Shown here: one piece after another, positions 1-9,012 of the stretch
Layout: each line of letters starts with the position of its first letter
Position numbering within the stretch: the first letter of the stretch is position 1
Assembly (NCBI GenBank): GCA_938045545.1
Contig: CALIBN010000012.1
Coordinates: forward strand, 78,368 to 142,367
DNA from: an uncultured archaeon
GTDB taxonomy: Archaea; Thermoproteota; EX4484-205; JAAOZP01
Direction of reading: 5' to 3'
DNA: 64,000 bases
Notes under the pieces: generated by a model
Database searches by the model: none
What the model was told of the DNA's origin: nothing
What the model saw: only the letters and a program-made list of their open reading frames with translations
Translations under genes and position numbers: made by a program

Positions 1-334
1 AGGAGCTGGCCCCCGCCTCCAATCGGGCAATATGGCCTAAGTTTGCAGAAACTCCTGGATGCGTTATCCCGGTGTAAGAAGTGGCTTCAATACACCTATC
101 AACTGAGAACGTTTTAATCATGCATCCAATGCAGGGTTTTCTGAAATAAGGACATTTTTCGCAGTTAGCACTGCATTTCCCCCTCTTCAACACTATTTTA
201 TCCTATTATTTCTAGGATTTAAGTAGACATTTCCAGCGAGCCTTAACCGGGCGAGTTAGATTTTACGTCTTGAATTAAGCGCCGGTCCATTTCCTCAGGT
301 TTTAAAGCTTTATAATTTTCGCTACTAATTCAGG

Positions 335-1075
335 TTGAGAAGTGTAGATATGAGTAGCCTCATCTACTATGTTGACAATAGCGATATTGATCCTGATAGC
401 GGGGAGGCGGAGAAACGCTACGAGAACATGCGTAGAGAGATTTACCGTGTCTACGCGGGTCCGTGTGTTGTGAGGCACTACAGCAGGTGTTCACTGGAGG
501 AGGTCCAAGAGCTGGAGCCGTTGGCAGTCATCCTGAGCGGCAGCGGCACTCCATGGGAGCGGTTTGTGAATAACGACTGGGCAAGGGAGTTTAAAATAAT
601 TAGAGAGGCTCGGGTCCCTGTTCTAGGGATATGCGGCGGGCACCAGGTGATCGGTATGGCCTACTGGCATCCGCGCCGCGAGCTTGGTTGTTCGCCCATT
701 CGCCGTATAAAACCTGGGGAGGAGGATAGAAACGTGGGTACGCATCTTGAAGGATACTTTGTAGAGAAAGGCTTCCTGCCGGTTAGGATTGTTAAGAGAG
801 ATCCCCTTTTCAATGGCCTTGGGGACGTTATCTGCGTTGACGAGCACCATTACTGCGAGGTCAAGGAGCTTCCCTCGGGCTTCGACCTCTTAGCATCTAC
901 GGAGGAATGCCGTATTCAGGCGATGAAGCATAGGATGCGCCCACTATACGGGGTTCAGTTTCACCCGCAAATCTTTGACGAGGAGCATCCTGATGGAAAA
1001 AGGATTCTAGAAAACTTCTTTGAAATAGCTCAGCAGTACTGGAAAAACCGGCAGCATCATTATGCAAACTTTTGA
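335..1075 (+). CDS. Class I glutamine amidotransferase (GMP-synthase-GATase / gamma-glutamyl hydrolase-like)
   Basis: ILSGS, nucleophile elbow LGICGGHQ and GVQFHPQ (usual HPE has Q here); start may be ATG at 350; TATA-like ctttataa near 308. Confidence 0.85.
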   Translation: MRSVDMSSLIYYVDNSDIDPDSGEAEKRYENMRREIYRVYAGPCVVRHYSRCSLEEVQELEPLAVILSGSGTPWERFVNNDWAREFKIIREARVPVLGICGGHQVIGMAYWHPRRELGCSPIRRIKPGEEDRNVGTHLEGYFVEKGFLPVRIVKRDPLFNGLGDVICVDEHHYCEVKELPSGFDLLASTEECRIQAMKHRMRPLYGVQFHPQIFDEEHPDGKRILENFFEIAQQYWKNRQHHYANF

Positions 1076-1216
1076 GCCACTGTTCACGATCGTGAATTAA
1101 AACAGCCGAGACATAGAAGGGCGTTCTAGATTCTTACGGGCACTAAGGGTTCAATGCAGTTGCAAGCATGACATTCTGCAAAGGTTAATCCGTTAAGACA
1201 ACGCGTATCCCATTCT

Positions 1217-2122
1217 TTATTTCCTGTATCCTATTTGCTCTAAAACTGTTATGATGCTTTCAGCAGCCTTCTTTAACATGTTTACTTCGTTCTCACTCAG
1301 CTTTTCCTGAACTACTTTGAAGCCTTCTCTCCCTGCTTTAACAGGCACCCCTAGGCAAACATCCTTTATCCCGTATTCACCGTCTAAGACGGCTGACGCC
1401 GGCAGGACTTCTCCCTTATCTGACAGCACTGCTTTAACCATTCTGGCTATCGACGCGCCCGGTCCGTGGACCGTGGCTCCCTTCATGCTTATTATCTCGG
1501 CTGCTGCCTTAACAGTCTCGCTTAAAACCATATCTAGGTCTGTGTCGCTCAACCCGTATTCTTCACGCATCCTATCTCTAAGAATCACCATGTTCTCACC
1601 GTGCTCCCCCAGGACGAACGAGCATAGGCCGCTTATCCTGATTCCCCTGCTCACCCACATTATCGTTTTTAAACGGCTCGAATCCAGGATGCCGCTTAAG
1701 CCCGCCACCTTATGTCTCTCAACACCGCTTCTCCTCCAGAAAACGTAGGTTAAAACGTCAACAGGGTTCGTCACGATTATGAATACCGTTTCACGGTCTC
1801 TCCCACCACCGTATTCTTTAGCTATCCCCTCGATTATTGGAAGATTCCTGTTTAAAAGGTCCATCCTGCTCATCCCCGGGGTTCTTCCAAATCCCGCTGT
1901 TACGACAACAATATCTAGGCCGTGGAGAAGGGAAATATCGTTAGTCCCCTTAACCTCAACGTTTAAACCAAGAGCCTCAGCCGCGTTCTGCAAGTCCAGG
2001 GCTTCTCCAAATGACAGCTTGGGGACAATGTCGTAAAGCACTATTTCGTCAGCCTCAGTTAATAGGAAAGTTGCTGCAGAGCACCCTACTTTTCCAGAGC
2101 CTATTATCCCGATTCTCCTCAA
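1217..2122 (-). CDS. mdh: Malate dehydrogenase (LDH-like MDH family)
   Basis: GSGKVG Rossmann motif, TAG-x-x-R-x-PGMSR with MDH-type Arg, TNPVD, LDSSR, LGEHG. Confidence 0.8.
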   Translation of the reverse strand: MRRIGIIGSGKVGCSAATFLLTEADEIVLYDIVPKLSFGEALDLQNAAEALGLNVEVKGTNDISLLHGLDIVVVTAGFGRTPGMSRMDLLNRNLPIIEGIAKEYGGGRDRETVFIIVTNPVDVLTYVFWRRSGVERHKVAGLSGILDSSRLKTIMWVSRGIRISGLCSFVLGEHGENMVILRDRMREEYGLSDTDLDMVLSETVKAAAEIISMKGATVHGPGASIARMVKAVLSDKGEVLPASAVLDGEYGIKDVCLGVPVKAGREGFKVVQEKLSENEVNMLKKAAESIITVLEQIGYRK

Positions 2123-2192
2123 GTCTGAGTAGCATTATCTAAACGGTAAACTTAAAAGTATCAGTTGGGAGGGTTGGGGAAAGGAAGCAGTA

Positions 2193-3575
2193 TTGCATGA
2201 CGTGATAATAGTGGGAGGGGGCCCGGCTGGAATATTCTGTGCTCTAAGCGTCCTTGAAAAGCATTCGGACGCGTCGATCCTGATTCTTGAAAAGGGGCGT
2301 GACATTAGGGATAGAACATGTCCCGCGAGGAGGCTTAACAAGCTGTGCGTCAGGTGTGGCGTCTGCAACGTTTACAGCGGCTGGGGTGGTGCAGGAGCTT
2401 TCTCAGACGGGAAGATTACTCTTGACCCGGACATCGGAGGCTGGCTTCCAGAGATCTTGTCGTCTGAGAAGACCCGTCAATACATAAAGAGGGTTGACGA
2501 TATTTTCCTTAGCTACGGGGCGCCGGAGAAGGTTTACGGTGAAGACGAGGATTCCTTCGAAGAGTGGAGAAGGAGGGCTAGCCTAGCGGGCTTGAAGCTT
2601 CAGAGGAATCCTGTTAGACACATGGGGTCAGACCTCTCGTTTAAAATACTGAGCCGGATGAAGGATGATCTTGAAAAGAGCATCGAAGTAAGAGTTATGA
2701 CTGAAGTTGAAAGCTTCATCGTTGAAAACGGTGTTGCCAAGGGTGTTAAGACAAAGAATGGTGAAAACATGTTTGGAAGGTTCATCGTAGTCGCCCCAGG
2801 TAGGTCTGGAGCAGGATGGCTGAGGAAGGAGTTTACGAGGCTCAACATTCCTATGAAACGTAACCCTGTGGACCTCGGTGTCAGAGTCGAGGTTCCGGCG
2901 GAAATAATGGATGACATTACTCGCGACCTGTATGAGCCGAAGCTTAAGTACGTTTCGAAAAGGTTTGACGACAACGTGAGGACTTTCTGCGTCAACCCGC
3001 ATGGGGAGGTTTTAACTGAGTTCTACGAAGATATTGTCACTGTGAATGGCCACAGCTATAACAGTTACAGGACTGACAACACTAATTTTGCGGTGCTTGT
3101 TTCAACGGATTTCACAGAGCCTTTTAAAGAGCCCATTGAATACGGAATGTCGATAGCTAAGCTTGCAAACCTTATTTCAAACGGCGTGGTGGTTCAAAGA
3201 CTAGGCGATCTCCTGCAGGGGAGAAGGTCTACTCACGAGCGTCTCAGCAGGAGCCTTATAACCCCGACGCTGCCCGATGCAACGCCCGGAGACCTCAGTT
3301 TCATCCTGCCCTACAGGATTCTTTCAAACATTGTTGAAATGCTCAGGGCCTTGGACACCTTTATCCCGGGGGTTTTCTCGAAGCACGACACGCTTCTCTA
3401 CGGTGTTGAAGCCAAGTTCTACTCATCTAGGGTTGAGGTCGACGAGCATGGCGAGACACCTGTCAAAAACCTTTTCGCAGTTGGAGACGGCGCCGGCATC
3501 ACTAGGGGGTTGTCTCAAGCAGCCGCCTCAGGCCTCTACGTGGGTCACGTGGTCTCCGAGAGGCTTAAAGCCTGA
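2193..3575 (+). CDS. NAD(P)/FAD-dependent oxidoreductase (uncharacterised FAD-dependent dehydrogenase family)
   Basis: IIVGGGPAG, GWGGAGAFSDGK, C-terminal VGDGAG. Confidence 0.85.
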   Translation: MHDVIIVGGGPAGIFCALSVLEKHSDASILILEKGRDIRDRTCPARRLNKLCVRCGVCNVYSGWGGAGAFSDGKITLDPDIGGWLPEILSSEKTRQYIKRVDDIFLSYGAPEKVYGEDEDSFEEWRRRASLAGLKLQRNPVRHMGSDLSFKILSRMKDDLEKSIEVRVMTEVESFIVENGVAKGVKTKNGENMFGRFIVVAPGRSGAGWLRKEFTRLNIPMKRNPVDLGVRVEVPAEIMDDITRDLYEPKLKYVSKRFDDNVRTFCVNPHGEVLTEFYEDIVTVNGHSYNSYRTDNTNFAVLVSTDFTEPFKEPIEYGMSIAKLANLISNGVVVQRLGDLLQGRRSTHERLSRSLITPTLPDATPGDLSFILPYRILSNIVEMLRALDTFIPGVFSKHDTLLYGVEAKFYSSRVEVDEHGETPVKNLFAVGDGAGITRGLSQAAASGLYVGHVVSERLKA

Positions 3576-3638
3576 GCCTGCAGCAAGAGGCTTTCAAGCA
3601 CCTGCCCTTCAACATTGATTGGGATCCCATCCAAGATT

Positions 3639-4493
3639 TTAATTGGGAGTGTATTCTCCAAATATGCTTTCTCCGGCTTCGCCTTCCTCCCGGATTTCCC
3701 CCTCGCCTTCCAGTCGCCCGGCCTTCTCTAAAGTTTTCTCCAGCCTCTCAATCCTTTCCTCCAGTTTTTCAAGCCTGCTCTCTATATCTGGCGGCGGCGG
3801 GGGGAGCTGCTCACCGCCGGACAGTGGTGTGCCACACTGGCTGCAGAACTTGGATCCTCCAGTTGTCTGCCTCCCGCAGACAGGACAAACTACCGCCTCC
3901 ACAGTCAAAGCCTCCTCAGTCTTCCTAGGCTTCACGGGTTTCAGCCTGGCTCCGCATTTGAAGCAGAACTTGTAGCTCGCACTATTTACTGCTCCACACT
4001 CCGGGCAGATTATGGATTCCTCAGTTTCACTCACCTGCACTTTAGACAAATAGGGTGACGAGGGTAAATGCTTCCTCCTTAATTCAAGCATGGCTCCGGC
4101 GACGCAGAGTATAACACCCACTATCCCTATGGTGGACGGTATAAAGCCTCCTAGAAAATCTATGAGGCCTGACGTGCCTAGGCTGCGGGGCATAAAAATA
4201 TACGGTACGTATCTTCCAGCGTAAGGCAGGAAAACGGGCAGCAGGGAGAAGCAGAAAACAATCGTCGATAGGCCTAGGACTATTGCCGAGCCGGCTACAA
4301 TCTTCTTCTCGCCCTCTTGGGCGGTTAACAGTGCTCCCGCTAGAATGATTGCTGCGAGAATCAGAGTGGCTAGGTAAAGAACAGGCTGAAGAGACAAGTA
4401 GTGGCTGCTGAAGGCAAGAATAAAGACTCCTGTAAGAATCAGCACCGCCCCAGTTGTTGAAAGTACGAAAGGGCCGGAATTTTTTCCAGCCAT
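3639..4493 (-). CDS. Membrane protein with double zinc-ribbon domains
   Basis: About four hydrophobic helices, then CPECG..CFKCG and CPVCG..CSQCG and a short coiled coil. Confidence 0.75.
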   Translation of the reverse strand: MAGKNSGPFVLSTTGAVLILTGVFILAFSSHYLSLQPVLYLATLILAAIILAGALLTAQEGEKKIVAGSAIVLGLSTIVFCFSLLPVFLPYAGRYVPYIFMPRSLGTSGLIDFLGGFIPSTIGIVGVILCVAGAMLELRRKHLPSSPYLSKVQVSETEESIICPECGAVNSASYKFCFKCGARLKPVKPRKTEEALTVEAVVCPVCGRQTTGGSKFCSQCGTPLSGGEQLPPPPPDIESRLEKLEERIERLEKTLEKAGRLEGEGEIREEGEAGESIFGEYTPN

Positions 4494-5329
4494 TTTTCAA
4501 CTACGCTCCTCACAGGACTTTTATAAGTTTTGATTCGCTGAGACACGCTTAGTTTTACACTGGCATAATGTATGGTAATATAATTTCTCCGTTTTTGCTG
4601 CTTCTTGAAACACCCATAGCCCATGATTATTGCAGCCAAGCATTATGCTTTACAGAAGTATCGCGAGCGTATTATTACGCCGGGTTAGCCTCGTCGAGTG
4701 TGCGGCGATGCTTTTCCCTGAGTGCTCATCCCACTGTCGAGCGAGCGCTACCAGTCTGGATTTAATCGTCATACACATTTATCCTATTTTCGGAAAACTT
4801 TTTACAACATAGACGCCATCTCTGAGACCGCGAGACGACATAGCAGGGGATCATGGTTAATGAACTAGGCTCTATAAGTTTGACAGGTAAGTTGCAAATA
4901 TTGCTGCTGAAGAAGTTTTCCGCCTAGACACCTTCGGCTTCTAGGCTCCTTTGGATCAACAATTTCTCGCCGTGTTAGCGAAACCCGAAAGCAAACGGGA
5001 CAGAGTATGTCTCACCTTCTGGAGCACATACTTTTTCCTTGACCATGCTTGGAACACTGTCCAACTGTCATACCGTGAATTAACGAGAGGACGAGCATGG
5101 AAGCCGGTAAGAACATCATGGCTGTAGAATTCTCTTCGACAGTAGAGTTATAGAGAATTGATGAAGCATCAAGACGCGGGAGATTAAACCGGCCATGTTT
5201 ACTGCTTAAATATGGCTTCCGGTTTTTCAGCATTATTATATGGAAGGATTTAAGCTGGTTGCTATTTTAACCAGTTGTTTGAGGATGCGAGAAAGCTTAA
5301 TATAACCATGTTATAAATCGCCCTTAGAA

Positions 5330-6241
5330 ATGAGGGTTGCAAACGACATCACCGGCCTAATAGGGGGAACTCCCATGGTTAGGATAAACAGGCTTACTCA
5401 GCCCGGAGACGCAACGGTTTACGCTAAGCTGGAATGGTACAACATAGGGGGGTCGGTTAAAGACAGGATGGCGCTCTACCTCATGGAGTATGCAGAGGCT
5501 TCAGGAAGGCTCAGCAGGGACAGGACTATTCTTGAAGCAACATCCGGGAACACTGGGATAGCTCTGGCTATGCTGGCAGCAGCCAAGGGCTATAGGATCA
5601 CGATAGTAATGCCTGAGTCAGTAAGCGTCGAGAGGAGGAAGATGATAAGGGCTTACGGCGCTGAGCTCATTCTTTCCCCTGGGGAGAGAGGGACCGGTGG
5701 AGCGATAGAGTTGAAACAGAAAATCCTGAAGGAGAATCCTGACAAGTATGTCGACCTAGACCAGTTTAAGGATCCCGCGAACATTCTGGCGCACTACCAG
5801 ACGACTGGGAGGGAAATCTTGGAGCAGACTGGTGGGAAAGTGGACATGATCGTGGTGGGAATAGGGACAGCCGGAACCGGGGTGGGCGTATCGATGCGCG
5901 TTAAAAAGTTTAACCCCAGTATTAAGATGGTGGGCGTAACCCCGAGGCTCGGCGTTAGCATCCAGGGAATAAGGAACCCGGGTGAGCCCTATCCGACCCA
6001 GCTTTTCAAAAGAGAATGGTTCGACGAGATAGTTGAGATCGGCGAGGAGGAGAAGAAGGAGGCTTTCATGGTTGCCAGGGAAGCAGCTAGGAGAGAAGGG
6101 CTGCTCATCGGAATGAGCTCCGGCGCGATAATGCTTGTAACCCTCAGAAAGGCGAGGGAGCTGGGAAAGGATAAGACGATAGTTGCGGTTCTTCCAGATG
6201 GCGGTGAGAAGTATCTAAGCACAGATTTGTTCGAATCTTGA
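5330..6241 (+). CDS. cysK: Cysteine synthase family PLP enzyme
   Basis: GSVKDR PLP lysine, EATSGNTG, GIGTAGT, PDGGEKYLST; BRE/TATA gaaagcttaata about 30 bp upstream. Confidence 0.9.
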   Translation: MRVANDITGLIGGTPMVRINRLTQPGDATVYAKLEWYNIGGSVKDRMALYLMEYAEASGRLSRDRTILEATSGNTGIALAMLAAAKGYRITIVMPESVSVERRKMIRAYGAELILSPGERGTGGAIELKQKILKENPDKYVDLDQFKDPANILAHYQTTGREILEQTGGKVDMIVVGIGTAGTGVGVSMRVKKFNPSIKMVGVTPRLGVSIQGIRNPGEPYPTQLFKREWFDEIVEIGEEEKKEAFMVAREAARREGLLIGMSSGAIMLVTLRKARELGKDKTIVAVLPDGGEKYLSTDLFES

Positions 6242-6680
6242 AGCCAACTCTGCGAAACAGTTTAACTTCGTTTACAGGCCTTGCACGAAAATGCTATTAG
6301 CTGCTTTTAAAATTATTTTATGTCTTCACTGGGTCGATGTGAATCATGCAGTGTTAACAACACGTTTCACGGCTAACTCTTTCCCTAACTTCTTCCGCTA
6401 TTCTGCCTGCTTCCACTATGGGCCGCTCTTCGCCACAACCATATGGAAGCCTGCGTGAACAACGTTTGGTTTAACAAACTCAGCCTTTAAACAATGTCGT
6501 GTTTAGAATGCCTTCTAAGGTTTCGCTATTAATTGCTGTCACGAGTGATTCTAAACCTTCCCTGAGGGCCAACAGAAACTACGATCAACAAAAGGCCGTT
6601 GATTTTTCACCAATCCCGATTCTGCTGTTCTCATAGACTGTGTTTTGCCTATGCACTTTCCCCATCCTGCTTCTTTACTT

Positions 6681-7262
6681 CTAATGCTTCTTCAGTGTTT
6701 GTATGTAGGCTCCATGCCAGTTATGATACCAGACTTCTCCAGTATATCCGTTAACACTGAGCATGCCGAAGATCCTTCCGTCTTTAATAATGTGGATGGT
6801 GTAATATCCATAGAAGGTGTGTGGGTCCTCAGCAAGGGCTCCAGGGTAGACTCTGTCCAAGAATTTCTGTGCTATGGATACCGCGTACTCTTGGCTAACT
6901 GGCATTTCTCCTGAAGGCATACGCGTCCAACCATGCATCATTCTTCCGTGACCGTATTTCGTGTTCCACATCATGTTAGGCCCGTATTCCTTGAAGATGC
7001 ATCCCGTATTTTTGTCTATGAGCATTTCGAAGGCGCCGACGCCTGTGGTTTTTTCGTAGTAGATTATGTAGAAATTGCGTTCGAATTCCATGATCTCATC
7101 AATAGCAATGTTCGCATCGTTTAGGAATGCAAGGTATCTCTCAGCTATGAGGCTTGCGGCATCAATATTGTATGTGCCAGGGTTAGACAAGGCAAACGTC
7201 AACAATCCTGTTACGCCGACTAGGATTAAGACGAACCCTAGAGCCGAACTTCCCATGTTCAC
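6681..7262 (-). CDS. Membrane-anchored PepSY-like hypothetical protein
   Basis: N-terminal TM helix; GPNMMWNTKYG and LSVNGYTGEVWYHNWHG motifs. Confidence 0.65.
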   Translation of the reverse strand: MNMGSSALGFVLILVGVTGLLTFALSNPGTYNIDAASLIAERYLAFLNDANIAIDEIMEFERNFYIIYYEKTTGVGAFEMLIDKNTGCIFKEYGPNMMWNTKYGHGRMMHGWTRMPSGEMPVSQEYAVSIAQKFLDRVYPGALAEDPHTFYGYYTIHIIKDGRIFGMLSVNGYTGEVWYHNWHGAYIQTLKKH

Positions 7263-7561
7263 TCCTCTATCCGCCTTCTCATTTCATCATACTGGTCTTT
7301 CGTGATTTCACCTCTAGCGTACCGTTCTTTAAGTATTTGGATCGCGCTTCTATCCCGATCTGCGGATTTGCCTGACACCGTCAGCCCGGCTACCAAATAG
7401 TATATCCCTATTCCGATAAGAATTAGAAACGCTATCGGCACGAAGATCATATGGCTCCAGCCGAACCCCATCATGCCTCCGCACACCGGCGACCAAACTA
7501 GCAAGGGAAGTAAGACCGCTAGAGATGCGACGAGTATAAGAATCGAGGCCATTTCTCTCAT
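7259..7561 (-). CDS. SHOCT-domain membrane protein
   Basis: Two TM helices, then AIQILKERYARGEITKDQYDEMR. Confidence 0.85.
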   Translation of the reverse strand: MREMASILILVASLAVLLPLLVWSPVCGGMMGFGWSHMIFVPIAFLILIGIGIYYLVAGLTVSGKSADRDRSAIQILKERYARGEITKDQYDEMRRRIEE

Positions 7562-7971
7562 TTCAATTTACCGTATAACTGGGTTATAACCTGTATTTAA
7601 ATATTATACGAAAATTTCCGAATTAACATTAGAACAATAAAGAAAAATAAACACCTGTACTAGAATCCCCATGATTATTTCCAAGGATTTCGAAGCCTTG
7701 ACTGTGACATATACGTGGGGCCTTGGTCAGGTTGCCGTCACGGCAAAGCATGTGCTAAGGGTTGCTACTGTAGCCTCTATTATTTCAACCGTAGCTTAAG
7801 CCAGAAAATCGAAGCAAGCAAGAAGTAAATGCGATGAAGCTGAAAAACTTAAAGATGCTCTTTCCCATAAGGCTCCTAAATTAGTTAGATTACCTATCCT
7901 ATTTAAGTTTCACACGTGCCTTAGTCTGGTTTAAGAAAAACTTGACACAATGATTGCAAAAGAGCATATGG

Positions 7972-8769
7972 CTAAACAAGCATTAAGAATGCTTCTATGA
8001 TCCATAATTGGATTGCTACTATCGCCCATACAGTAGTGTTCCACGCCAGAATTTTCCTACCATCTAAACTCCCTAATGGAATCATGTTAAAGGATGCAAG
8101 CCACAGGTTTACTTGAAAACCTATTTCGCCAACCAGACCAGACAAGCCGCCCAACCCGCTTAAGAGAAAGAATGCAGCAGCCCAGACAACGTTAGATAAA
8201 GGACCAGCTAAAGAAATCAGCCCTATCCGCTTTTTTTCAGAAGCTTCAGTCCATTCAAAAGCATGGTAACGTGGCGCCACGTATGTTGCACCTGGAGCAG
8301 CGAAGATGAATGAGCCTAGTGTAAGCAGAGAGGATAGTAAAGCCATCGCCAGCCCCCAGGGCCAGAGTCTGAATTCAGACCAGTAGCCGTATCTCTGGGC
8401 AGTAAACTTATGCGCCAGCTCGTGAAATATGAATCCTGTTCCAACTACGCATAAGTAGATTGCAAACACTAGGAATAGAGTTGAACGCATGCTTAAAAAG
8501 TATCCGATAGAAAAGCATAGGCTTAGAACAACCCACGCGACCAACAGGTGTGTGATCTCAGTCTTACTGGTGATTCTTCCAATCCGAGGCTTACTCTTAG
8601 GCCGAGGCGGTGGGATCTCGCTATATACTGGTTTTTGAATTCTGGCTAAGTGCAGCATTCGACAGTTATGTGCTTCAGGAAGCCTATGGTGGGAGCAGAA
8701 CGTGCCCTTACAGTAAGAGCAGACGAAGGGCAATATTACTTCTGAACCACAGACCTCACATTTAGCCAT
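7972..8769 (-). CDS. AN1-type zinc finger fused to M50 (site-2) intramembrane metalloprotease
   Basis: CEVCG..CSYC..FCSHHRLPEAHNC; HELAH, AGPLSN, FNMIPLGSLDG. Confidence 0.88.
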   Translation of the reverse strand: MAKCEVCGSEVILPFVCSYCKGTFCSHHRLPEAHNCRMLHLARIQKPVYSEIPPPRPKSKPRIGRITSKTEITHLLVAWVVLSLCFSIGYFLSMRSTLFLVFAIYLCVVGTGFIFHELAHKFTAQRYGYWSEFRLWPWGLAMALLSSLLTLGSFIFAAPGATYVAPRYHAFEWTEASEKKRIGLISLAGPLSNVVWAAAFFLLSGLGGLSGLVGEIGFQVNLWLASFNMIPLGSLDGRKILAWNTTVWAIVAIQLWIIEAFLMLV

Positions 8770-9012
8770 TTGAATCTCCTCGTTTAAATGCTGAACATGG
8801 ATTTATGCCGAGTAGTACTGGAGCATAACAAGCTAAGCAGCGGATTATTATTCTTGTTTTATTGTTCAAGTTTCATTAGTCACGTAAAAACGGTGAAGTA
8901 TAAAGTTTACTTTAGCGCACGCACTGAGAGAAAATTTTAAAACTTATAACGGTTATGGTTGGAACAGGAATTTGGGTAAGAAAAATGAATTGGCTTATCA
9001 CAGCAGCTTCAA

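Noticed and set aside
335-1075. GATase as the missing carA
   Set aside because: Lacks the CarA N-terminal domain; looks like a stand-alone GuaA-type GATase
4500-5300. Short ORFs in a long intergenic stretch
   Set aside because: No recognisable motifs, repeats or structure; probably decayed sequence
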